From Chlorokybus atmophyticus (lineage: Eukaryota > Plantae > Mesostigma and Chlorokybus algae), in the NCBI GenBank assembly GCA_009103225.1, contig RHPI01003614.1, positions 1 to 64,000 of the forward strand: a stretch of 64,000 nucleotides of DNA. Direction: 5' to 3'. A program made the position numbers and the translations under genes. This document shows positions 1-11,355 of this stretch, one piece after another; position 1 is the first letter of the stretch, and each line of letters opens with the position of its first letter. Below the pieces are notes generated by a model. It was not told where the DNA came from, did no database searches, and was given only the letters and a program-made list of their open reading frames with translations.

Positions 1-532
1 TGGGTGAATAACCACTCATATATAGGACTATGTGTGAGAGCAGATATGCTGTATTATTCAATCACAAATCATATGAATAATCACTCGCCAGTATGGTACA
101 TATGCTGTTGAAACAGCTTTAGTATGTGTGAACATTAAGCCAATATGCGTGTGAATAATTACATATAAGGAGGACATAGTGTGAGAGCAGGCGCTGTAAA
201 TATTCATGCACACAAAGTATGAATAATCACTTGGTGCCATGGTACAAGTCTAGGACCATGTATACCTAAGAAGACTGAATATGCAGTTCTGTCGCGAGTG
301 AATAACTACTCACATGTAGGAGGTTGTGTGCGAGATGGACAACTACAATTATTCATGACCAAAACGTGTGAATATCCATTGCTTGTATTCAGGGCATTTG
401 GCCTGAATAATCAGCAATCGTAACAGCGACCTCTGCAGCCACGCAAGTGGCGAGTTCACACATAAAACAGATGAGTATTCAGGGCAAATGCGCTGAATTT
501 TCAGAAATTCGGGGGGTCCAGAATTACCGGTG
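1..532. mobile_element. Terminal region of a CACTA/EnSpm-like DNA transposon (subterminal GAATA/TATTC-rich repeats, ends ...GAATTACCGGTG)
   Basis: Degenerate repeats of GAATAAY(C/T)AC...ATAGGA...GTGTG. The terminal ~39 bp (494-532) recurs in the same orientation at ~3200-3238 and reads CACCGGTAATTCTG on the minus strand, a CAC terminus typical of the CMC/EnSpm group. Confidence 0.5.
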
Positions 533-578
533 AATGTTTGCATGTCTTATGTGCCTTTGCCATGTGCATAATTGCAGG

Positions 579-2362
579 TCAAAGACAAGTAAAAGGCAAG
601 AGACAGCTCCTCGCTGCACCACTCTACCAGCGACGCCGAGAATGCCACCTCACAGGGTGAGCTACGGTTTGGTAAATGACTATGTTGAGAACGAAACGCT
701 TTGTGTTTGATGGTGCCTTATGTATGCAGGGTGTGAGGTGTGTATGATAGTCCCTTGTGCATGCACGGCGCCCACGCGTTCACCTCCCGCCAGCAACGCC
801 AGCGACGACCGAAATGTCACCTCGCAGCGTGAGCCATGTTTTGCGCGCGCGGGCCGCTGCGGGAGGTACTGTGTATACACTGGTCTGATCGGTGCCTTGT
901 GCGCGCGATAGGTAACAAGGAAGGCACTGCGCCACAACCCACAAGGTCACCCGCTACTGGTTCACAGGTTAGATGTCTGTCATCATTACACGAGCAGCCA
1001 AATGCTTGTACTCTCCTGTACATGTCATCATGACCGTTCATGACTGTTGTGTTCAGGCACCTGCCAAACAGGATGCTGATGTGCGTGATACCAGCTCAGC
1101 TCTCAAGGTATGCAACAACGACTGGAGCAAGTATCTAACAAGCATATCAGTTTTTGCAACCGAAATCGCACCACATGTAGACACAAGACGCCGCGAATGT
1201 CATGGAGCTCACGGAAGAAAAGGAAGGCAGAGGTTAAGGGAAGCGCAAAGTGTCTGGTGATGTACGCACCACTCTGCTTCACAACGAATGGCATAGCATT
1301 ACGTTGTGGCTCACAATCTGATGTGTATGCTGTTGGCAGGAGACTGAGGTGTCAAGCCCCCACAAGAAAGCAAAGACTGTTCGCTCAATTCCGGCTCCCT
1401 ACAAGTCTAAGGAGGCAGGCCCCTCGACTGGCAAGCAGGAGAAGATGTTGGATAAAAAGAGGGGCAAGCAAAAGGAGGTATGAAGGACCATCTATGTGCG
1501 CTTATAGGCTTCTTGGGTCCTTCTGGTTGCAGAAAAACTGTCACTGCAGCAGACTCGCATGCATGCCTATCAATTGTAAGCTTGATAACACGGCGTGCCA
1601 CCTGGTTGCACAGGATGAGCCATCGTATTCAGAAGTATCCGAGACAGAAAAAAGCGAGGACAACGATGAAGATGGCGCCAAGGACGATGCGAACAGCCCC
1701 AACGACAGCGACAACAACTCCCAAAAGGCAGTTTTTTTTACAAGCGCTATATAGGAGAGTGCATCTGTGTATGTGTCTGCCAGTTGATGTGTTTATCACT
1801 TGCATGCACAGGAAGACCTGAGCGACAAGGATGACACTGCACCGACGATGAAGGTTGGTGATGAAGTCAAGTTGTTCATCGATGGGCGCAAGGAGCCAGT
1901 AGGGGAGGCGCACGTAAGCGACATCAAGCCCGTCAACAAGTTTTATGGCAAGAAGATTGGAGAGGGTAACATGGTGGTCCAGTTCAGCCGCAGTCTTCAC
2001 ATCACTAGGACCAGACGTCCTGGTGCAGGGGAAGAAGAGGTTGTGCCTTTGCCAATCAGCTTCAAGCGTGATGGGGTTGGGGTGCAAGTGACCCACTTGA
2101 GAGGTGAACAATGATTGCGTGCTGACTGTGCGTGCGTTATGACAACACACTGCGTCTGACGTATTCACGTGTGGTTAATGCATGTGAAGAGTGCGAGGCG
2201 GGGTTGTTGCTACTTTGGCCTACTAGGTTGATGAAGACCATCAAGGTGAGGGAGCTGCCAGCAAAGGAAGGCACATCCACACCGCGGGGGAGAGGCCGTG
2301 GGAAGGGGAGTCTGGGTGGTCGGGGTGGTCGGGGTGGTCGGGGGCGAAGCAGCAGGAAGTAG
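579..2362 (+). pseudogene. Spliced TnpA/TNP1-like accessory gene of a CACTA-like element (degenerate)
   Basis: Short GT-AG-bounded exons encode charged low-complexity sequence. They are followed by EDLSDKDD..KVGDEVKLFIDGRKEPVGEAHVSDIKP...LLWPTRL, resembling the C-terminal TNP1/En/Spm domain. Frameshift near 2114-2132. Confidence 0.4.
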
Positions 2363-2616
2363 ATATTGCTGCAGGAGATTTCCACCTGCAAGTGCAGCTC
2401 TGGGTAGCAGACATACATTGTAGACAGCATTGAATGTGTTGTTGTAAGTCGGTTGCCATTCAGCTGACATTGCTGGGCTGGCTGGACGGACTGCTGTGAA
2501 TATTATTAGTAGCACTGCATATATCGGTCTTCTTCTACTCAATATCACTTGAACATTCATAGTAACATTGACGGTCGTAAAACAGCAGCTTACCATTGTT
2601 CAACTTCATTGCCATT

Positions 2617-3238
2617 GAATAACTACTCACATGTAGGACTTAGTGTGCAGGCTAGATCACTATGAGTATTCAAACAATACATGCGTGCATATTCAGTGGT
2701 GTAGTACAGTTGCAGCACCACACCATACAGGGTGAATATTCAACTCTACTGCAAGTGAAAGTTTTGGGTGACTGTAAGTGTTCAAACAATCCCTGCGTGC
2801 ATATTCAAGTCTGTTGCAGCTGCCATATGGAATACTACAGGTCTTCAAACGAACCTTGCCTGTGAATGTTCGACGCTTTTGCAAGAGTTTGTCCTGCCTA
2901 ACTACAAGTATTCAAACGATTCCTGCTTGAATATTCAGTGGTGTAATACATGTGATGGTCACAGCACTACACCATACAGGTTGAATGTACAGCTCCACTG
3001 CAAGTGAATAAATGCCCCACATATAGGACTAGTGTGCAATCTACTTGCCACAGGGATATTCACCGACAATTACATTGAACAGGCTTTAACACCTTTCAGA
3101 CCAAACGGTCTGAATATTCACCTCGACATGCAGGAGCCAGGGACGCCGTATTCTAGGCTATTCATCCCTGTTTTTGTTGTCTATTCAGACCAAACAGTCT
3201 GAAACTTCAGGAATCGGGGGGGCTCAGAATTACCGGTG
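2617..3238. repeat. Second copy of the CACTA-like terminal region with subterminal repeats
   Basis: GAATAACTACTCACATGTAGGA is shared with ~301-322. Multiple TATTCAAAC/GAATATTCA units; ends GAATTACCGGTG at 3238. Confidence 0.55.
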
Positions 3239-3487
3239 TGGGAGGAGGTCGTGTTTGTCTGCTGGTACACGAAGCTGGATGGGACGAGCGACACAAAGTG
3301 CATCGCTCTGGAATGGGAAAAGCGTCGAGGGGGTCCACATCTCGATGTCGTGACTCTACAGCAAGTAAAAGGCATTGTCCAGCTGCTCCCCATGTTTAAC
3401 AAGGACAGCACCCGTGTACAAGGGCAAGTATTGGGTGAACGTTCACTGCACTGCCACGTGACACATGTACTTGTACCACCACTCTGA
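3239..3487 (+). pseudogene. C-terminal fragment of a CACTA/Plavaka-like transposase, truncated by the inserted element end
   Basis: WEEVVFVCWYTKL...VVTLQQVKGIVQLLPMF resembles the transposase C-terminal pattern (xxVxW(Y/F)...VxLxPxF). It starts immediately after the 3238 terminus. Confidence 0.4.
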
Positions 3488-3528
3488 TTTTTAAGCATAT
3501 CAGTCAGTTAGGCATTGCTAATCGTATG

Positions 3529-4451
3529 CTAAGACTTTTGCATGTGGATGTGTACAATACCAGGCAGCACACGGCTTGACGTTGTCGAAGAACCATGCAT
3601 GGTCCTTTTACGGACCCCGCGGACCATGCATGATTCGAACCCCGCTGGCCAGGATCGCCTGGTCCGCGGGGGACGGACCGTTTCTGGTCCGTTCGGGGCC
3701 CCGCTGCCCGTGAATGGATGGCGCGGCGACGCGATCACCATTGCATTCGCCATTGCGGGAGGAGCTGCATTTGCTATGGTGACCGCCAAGGTCATCAATG
3801 GCACTCCCAGCGCTGTTTGCCATGCAGCAATGCTGCCCCTGGTGCTTGGAAGGCCTTAGATCGGATACATTTGCTGTGGCGCATTTGTTGTCGCGATTGT
3901 CTTCTTCGCGCTAGCGGACAGGTGCAGCGATAGCAGTCCAACCGCCTTGCCCGCGTGCGAGCAGCGTGCTGTTGGGGTATCTACCATTGGCTATCTCTTA
4001 AACAGACGTTGTCGGAAGGTTGATAGGGCAGACATCGTGCCACAAAGGGAAAGATTGGGTCTAAATGAGGAAGGTGCTCCTGACATTCTCAGTTACACAC
4101 TTGACCTGGCTTGCAAGCAGCAAATCGGACGAGCGATATCATATCCTGGTGTCTCCAGGATGTGCCATGTGCCGCCCGTTGAGGTGCCGGGATAGCACCT
4201 GAATAGGCTTGGCATGGTGGACTGGCCCATATGAGCTCGTACTCGCTCAATTCTCCTGCACTCAGGGTGCATACATTACGGTGTATAAAGGGCAACGGGT
4301 ACTCAGAGGAGGGACTTATGTCCATCCCGGTCACGTCAAGTCCTGCGTGATAAGGACCGACACTGGCACCGCCATTGCCGCAGAACAGATCGAGTGCCCT
4401 TGGTCTGCGTGTGCGTCCAAGCTTGTTGTTAAATGGCGTGTATGTGGTCAA
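3529..4451 (-). pseudogene. Small phage/bacterial-type C5-cytosine DNA methyltransferase (frameshifted)
   Basis: Motif I LDLFCGNGG (4368-4394) and motif IV ASPPCQAYS (catalytic Cys codon 4212-4214). ENV at 4082-4090 in a shifted frame, then GAPSSFRPNLSLCGTMSALSTFRQRLF and WQTALGVPLMT...AAPPAM. Two frameshifts and two in-frame stops (3991, ~3856). Confidence 0.85.
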
Positions 4452-5400
4452 GGTTGGCCGTGGTGCTGGCCATGGACTAACAATGATGCCGTCAGATCTT
4501 ACTTTGCGAATGACATTCTCCCCTCCGGCGCGCAGAACATGGCGTTCCCCGTCAACTGATGTGTATGCGAATACGTTGTGCCTCTTGAAGTTAATGGTTT
4601 ATGGTCGATCACCGTCATCGATTACTATATGGTGCTGCCCCGCAAGCCATTTTCCATTGCACAATGCATATATGATGCGTACTCAATCTCGCACGCCAAA
4701 AAGCGATGCTGAATTGACGCTTGCTTGAATGATTCCACAACGCCCGCATAACATTCCCCATCCAGCAGCTAATGCTCCATGACACTCACACCCATTAGCT
4801 GCTCGCATCCCAGCTTAAGTGCGTTCCGCAGCCAATGCAGTGCGCTGTTGAACGGTCGATGGTCTGCCTCCTCTACAGCGGCCAGGGGGTGGAACTACCC
4901 ACGCCGTGGAAGACTGCTGTGAATGCGACAACAGCTTCAACATGCATGAAATAAGCATACGCCCAACATAATATGCAGTGATACGTCGCTGCCCACTCTG
5001 CCGAATTACCTCCACAGCATCCACCACCTGTCCACTAACCACATGTCCCGGTGTTGTCCATGTGAAGAAGCGCATGGGTTTTCCTCGCCGCTCGAAGCAT
5101 GAGCGCGAGCACGATTCGCACACGCACTGCACGCAATTGAAAAACTCGGGTTCCTTGCACATCACTTTGCCGAGGTGGCAGCCAAACACGTCAACATTGT
5201 GTGTGGTATGATGCCAGCAAGCAGCACTAAAACCGTGGCACACTGTCTGCACTGCACTCGCTGGGATGCGGTCAAGTGCGCTCGAATATACTGCTTACGG
5301 CCATTGGCATATACGTACGCATTGCATTGTGGGCACACCAAGCATGGTCTCCTAGATGAGGGGGATTCAATTGCTGCCACCGATATCATGCAAAATATGA
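4452..5400 (-). pseudogene. Degenerate coding region upstream of the DNMT with Cys-rich and Tudor-like segments
   Basis: Minus-strand frames give VCHGFSAACWH...FFNCVQCVCESC, LMGVSVMEH*LLDGECYAGVVESF and HHIVIDDGDRP*TINF. The last runs in frame into the DNMT ORF. Confidence 0.35.
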
Positions 5401-6325
5401 ATTGGCACGACTGCCCACAAAAAGAGAGACTGAGCTACACTTTAGGGTATGGGCATCAATTTAGGGTTGCCAGCTCACGAACCCTATTTGAGTCACACTT
5501 CAAGTGAAGCACGACTGTACCGAGGACCACATTTCAGTACCATGCATGGTACTACATCAACATGAATTGAACTCCATCCATTAATGGCACTACAGTACAA
5601 GGATACTCGCATACTACCACGATTGTAGAGTAATACTGTGCTGTCATTCCATGGAACCCACAGCGCTGTCTGCGTTTGTTGTTGTCAACCACGCTTCAAA
5701 CCAGCAAGGTATGCAAGCCATGCATTGACTCATGCGCCGGGCAGTTATCGTACACATGTACAGCTAATGCTTCTGACAACAACAAATCTTGGGTGCACCA
5801 TGCACCATGCTGCAACCATACATGTACCTACATGGTTTAAAGGTGTTCAACACAAAACTAAAGTACATGCACAATTGTCATTAAGGCCGGGGCTAAATCA
5901 CCGACGGTATTGCTGGTTGATGCACTACTGGTGGAATGCCGGACGAATGGCCACGCGCTCCTGTGCTAAAATCAAACCTACTTCGTTCGGCACGTGCACG
6001 TGCGCGCGACTTCGCACGCTCACGCACATCCTAGCATGCAAAGGTAGGCATGCATTTGAGGTGCATGCAGTCAATTCACAGCGAGATTGGCAACAACATA
6101 CCGCCGCCCAGCTCTGTCTATCTGCTCTGGCTTTCGTAATGTCGGCTTGACTGTGGGGTGGGTATGGGTGAATAGTGGAGGCCTGCAGCCACGCTACATG
6201 TATCACATAGACTGCGCCCCCCAAACTCACATGATTGCTTGCAAGGAAATGCATGTGACTGCTGAGCGTACCTCTGCATTCCTTTGTGCTTGCTCCCACA
6301 ATCGCAATCGATCCCGCATGGTTTA

Positions 6326-8901
6326 GACAAGGGGCTCCAAGGATTGCTCCTGATCCACTCCTTGTTGCAGAAAGCGAGCCACCAAGCAGCTCTCTGTGTG
6401 AAGATGGTCCTTAATGGCTTGCCTGCTAGTTTGTGCAATGTTGGTGTTGCATATTGAACAGCCCCATTGCTGACGCCTGCCATGATCCATGACGTGGCGC
6501 CTGGTATTTGCAAGCTTCGCTGCTTGAACTCTTACAACCACTATTCTCGCAAGATGTGCCACGCCGCCGCCGCCGCCGCCTCCTCCTCCTCCTAATCGAA
6601 ACCAGGTCCACTATGCCTAACATTCGAGCCGCCATCGACCTGATGCCCCTGCGTGCCATCATCCGGCCATCAATGAAGCTGTTTGGGTGAGTGCACACCA
6701 ACTCCCATCAGGGCTGGTCGAGCAATGCCTATGTCGTATCATGATACGACAGAGCCATTGTACGAAGTGGCTGAGGTTGGACGAGGGATGCCTCTGTCGT
6801 ACCATTAATGTTACGCAAAGCCTTTGTTACCCTTGGTTGTACGAAGCATGGATGGCACGAATGCATAAGTCATACCATCAACCATATGAGAGAAGGACGC
6901 ACCACAAGTGTGATTCTAATGCGGGACACTACACGTTTAAAACCGCCTCATTTTCGTTTTCGCGCCTCGTACATATGAGCCGGCCACCTGGCGGCGGCAG
7001 CGTTGAATGCGCAGCGTTGAAATCAGCCAAGCAGGCGGCACCCGATTATCAGTTAGAGAGATGCCTCGTGGTCCATCTGCAGATGCACCTCATCGTGGAG
7101 GTCGGCGCCCCAAGTCCACATTGCCCCAAGTGTTCAATCAGGCAACCGTCGCCAACCAGCAGCAGCCACTCTTGGCCAACAAATCGCAGCAAGACCCCGC
7201 GCTAACGCCCAGCCCATCACAACAACTCCACCTGATACCGCAATTGCAAGAGCAAGCTAGAATGCATGCATTCGTGATGCACTGTGCACGTTGCTTCTTG
7301 CTCAACTTCATACTTTGATGCTTGCTTCTTTTATGACTAGCACAGCTACTCATTGCATGCGTTGTGGATACACTGCGCACGTTGTTCTTCTTGCTCAATT
7401 GTGAGGGTTGCATCTTTTATGGATGGGAGCATGACTCACGTGGTTGTGCTTGCAGAGGGTCGGTTGGAACCCCCAACCCAAACGCGTTTGGCCGTGACGT
7501 AGCACCTCGGCCGTCAGCAACCCTTCCCCAAGCAAGTGGAAGATTGGCAACGAGGTAAGCATTGTGTGACACTGTCACACTGTGTGCAACGGATTGTTTT
7601 GCTGTGGACAGCATTTGCGAGATGCTGTCGTTAAAATCATAAACGGCCACTAGGTAGACAGCCACGTTTATCCCAACGAGGACACTATTCGTAACGTCAC
7701 ATGTTAGGTGCTGTGAGTGCTTCATGACCTCACGGCACCTTGACACTAACCAACCTGCCTGTGACAGGTAGTTGGCTTCAACCATGACGACGAGGCCGAT
7801 GCAGCCAAGTTCTATGAGGTGTACTGGACGCCCAAGAAGTGCCCCTTCAACTGGAGTGTCGCCTTTAAGAAAGCTACGTCGGTCTGAGAACGTCACCAAG
7901 ATTAAGCATGTCCTTGAGAGGGAGTACAAGTGGACACTCTTTAACAGCAACAAGCGCAAGCGAGTTGGGTCCCCCACCACCATGTCTGCTATGCAACACT
8001 GCCTTCTCACTCAGCCTCCATGCACACGTACGCATCTCGCCTATTGTAACCGATTCAATCAGGCACATCGACACCCTAATGGACCCAAAGACCCCAAAAG
8101 CCCAGATGCGCAACGCGCTCCAAAGTAAGTCACAGGCACTATTCTAGCCTAGTGCAGGCTTAACTTGAACTATCTATATCGTGACTAATGCCTTATTTGT
8201 ATGACTCTCACAGACAAGTCATGGCGGAAATTTAAGGTGACCGACAATGCAGACCTGGAGCGGAGGAGATACATCCAGGAATGGGGCAATCCCATAGTCT
8301 GGCAAACGATCGTGCAATGCTGGTCTTACGACGTCACTACACCTGGTCGCCGGCAGCTAACAGTCAACCACCTCGCATATCTGTTGCTTACGGTGAGCAC
8401 TCTAAACTCATTCACTAGCAATTCAGGAATGCTGTAGCCCCAAACTACAGCCTTGCAAACGCGCTGCAGTGAATAGAGGCTTTCAATGCCACTCAAACAT
8501 GCCTGTAAACTGCGCAGGTGGAGCGCATCCTAAAGAGCAAGGATGGAGACCCTCTCCTAGCTGCCTTCATCGACACACATGAAGAGTACCTCAGCGAAAT
8601 CAACACCATGATCATGTTAATGAAGCGGGAGATGAGGCAACGGTACGCAGCCCTCCAGCCATTCACCCTTGTGAAACGCCGCACTGCATCTTGTGTCGAA
8701 TACCTGAAAGATCCCAATTGGCGCCTGCCGCAAAAAACAGCAGCTCGTGACGCGCTCGTTGAGGCAGAAGCGGCATTTGGTTGGCTGGCGCAACCGTTTG
8801 AGGAGGAGGAAGAGCAAGCTTCGGCGTCTCCTCTACAGGCCCCAGCGCGTGGTGCTTTGTTCCATGATGACGTGCAAGGCGATAATGGAGAGGAGCTATA
8901 G
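6326..8901 (+). pseudogene. Degenerate spliced gene of unknown function, probably transposon cargo or accessory
   Basis: Exon-like blocks with GT-AG borders (e.g. ~8212-8392, 8518-8901 ERILKSKDGDPLLAAFIDTHEEYL...). Internal stops upstream; no recognisable domain. Confidence 0.3.
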
Positions 8902-9313
8902 CGCAGTTGGTAGTCTGTTTAGCTGGTAGTGTACACAGCTGCAAGGCTCTTGTAACTTAGTGTTGTGAATTTTGAACCAGCTCAGTCAATCGTCATTATG
9001 CTCATGCATGTAAAAATTTGCATCGCTATGATATACAACAGAACGGCAGGCATTCGAGTCACATAATCGAACTACAAGCCTTGGCAAGTGACTGAGAGAC
9101 ACTGTACACATTTCAGGTTCCTGTTCACAGCACAGGCACATAGTGATGCTGGCAGTCGGTGACAGTCGCGTGTAGCCATACTATGCAAATACATATAACG
9201 ACAGTTAGGCATTGGTCACCTTCAGTTGCTTGAAGAATGCCTTATCTTGTCGATAATGACCTAGTTGGTGCTTGTGAATTAGGCTTCGCTGCGCTGGACT
9301 AGTGTGTAACCTG

Positions 9314-9575
9314 CAGGTGCCGGTCACATAGGCTGAGTCACCTAAGTAAGACTGATGTGTAATTTGCAGGTGCCTATTACTTAGGTATAGTCACCTGTTA
9401 AAGCCTGATGTGCAACTTACAGGTGCCCATTAATTGGTTATAGTCACTTGTTACAGCCTGATAAGTAACCGACAGGTGCATGTTAATTAAGCATAGTCAC
9501 CTGTTAAGGCCTAATAAGAAACTAACAGGTGCCTGTTAATTATGCTTAGTCACTGTTAAAGACTGAATTGTAACG
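9314..9575. repeat. Tandem array of five ~53-bp units (subterminal repeat of a DNA transposon)
   Basis: CAGGTG recurs at 9314, 9367, 9420, 9473 and 9526 (period 53). Consensus ~CAGGTGCCTRTTAATTARGYATAGTCACCTGTTAAAGCCTGAT. Confidence 0.85.
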
Positions 9576-9730
9576 GAAAGGGCCTGATAGTAACGGAAGT
9601 TATTCTCAGGTCCATGTATCGAGATTACAGGTGGACTGAGCCACAACAGTCTAAATAAGTATTCTCAGGTGCACGGCCGTTGCCAATATTTCGTCGGCCG
9701 GCAGGGGAAACATTATGCGACGTATGCTTA

Positions 9731-10190
9731 GCCTACTTTGATTTGCTTGCTAGGCACGTTCTGCCTTTTGGAACAGCCTGATTGCATGGTGGACTATGAC
9801 TTATACCCTATGCATTGGATGCATATGGTACAAGTCATAATCTATATAATCAAAGTGAAACATAGAAAAAATGCGGTGATTGCCTCTGCACAAGCATCGT
9901 TGTATGCTTCAGGTTGGTTGCTCCGTTAACGTATACTATCTGCCTCACCATTCCATTGCACAGCACATAAGAGCACTAAGTGTAGTGTGAGGTGGTGGCC
10001 CCGGGTGTAATTGATTGTCCATGTGTGCTTTGCCTATTTTGATTTGCTTGCTATGCACGTTCTGCCCTTCGGCACAGCTCGTCTGCATGGTTGACTATGA
10101 CTTATACCCTATGCATTGGATGCATATGGTACAAGTCGTAATTCATATTGATCAGATTTACGCATTGAAACATGCAGTGATTGCGCCATA
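9731..10190 (+). repeat. Two ~150-bp diverged direct repeats (offset ~301)
   Basis: GACTATGACTTATACCCTATGCATTGGATGCATATGGTACAAGTC is identical in both copies. Confidence 0.75.
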
Positions 10191-11355
10191 CCATGCGCAT
10201 AACATGCTTGGACACGTGTGTCACAATGCCATGCTAGTCATAGTCCAACAACAGCAGCATGCTAACATACAAGGCAACGGCAAGCAAGCAACTGGCCCAA
10301 ACCCTTTGCAAGCCCTACCTCTATTGCCAGCTAACGCACCTGCAGGGTGGTACAAAACGCCTGCCACACATGCAGAGTTATGCACACACGTGCACATGCT
10401 CAGATTTGCACTAATGGCGGATGCCAGGCAGACATGAGTGGGCATAGGCAGACAGCTGAAAGTACGCGAGGGGTCTATGTGCGCTAGGTGCACTATGTGC
10501 AAATATGCCTATGTAGCGCGAGGCAGTTGGCACCAACAGGCAGGGATTGAATGACAAAGTTGTACACACAAGCGTATCATGGATTCATATACACATGGTA
10601 TGGTCAGGTTCGTTGATCGACCACCACAACAGCGACAGACATGGAGCAAGGAGGGCAGGTGGGGAGATGAGAGCGGGGTGAGAGTGCTATGCTGTGCTGC
10701 GCAAACACTATCACCGCCATCACCTTCAAAATACATCGTGTGCTCTGCCTGCTTGTATGCTAGGTCCCAATCTTATTGTACGCATTAGCCAGCAAAAGGC
10801 ATTGGTACCTTCAGTGTTACCCAAGCGTCCATGCCCAATACACCGACCACATCTACACCAACTACACCAAAATAGTTGAGGACGTCAAGTGAGATTCAAC
10901 GCATGGCAGCGTCATCGAGTGTTGTAAATAAGCGGTAGTTGCGTCATAATGTTGCCTTCAGCCCAGAGACAAACCAATGCGCAAGTGCAGCTAGATCATG
11001 CTGCATTGAACTTCCGGACTGATGCACACAAATATTTAGAGTTGAGATTATGTCACAAGGTAATCTTGAGATAAGATTGTGTACGCCACAATGGGCCCCA
11101 CCTCTAGCTCAAGAGGTTCACAACTACCACGACCTGCTGCATTGCAAATTTCGTACCCAAACATTGTGTATCAGCTCGGACCCCTGATATAACGACCCCT
11201 GATAACACTGTAGAGCCAACACATATTACCTTTGTACTGTGTGACCAAGCAACAGAAATAGCCCTCTGATTTATTGCATGCCCACATGACATACTGTATT
11301 AGTGCGCACGTACTCCCCGTCTTAGTCTGGTGGCTGTAACACCACAAACTGCATC

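Noticed and set aside
9314-9575. Periodic repeats as a CRISPR array
   Set aside because: The whole 53-bp unit is repeated, with no unique spacers and no cas genes, in a eukaryotic context.
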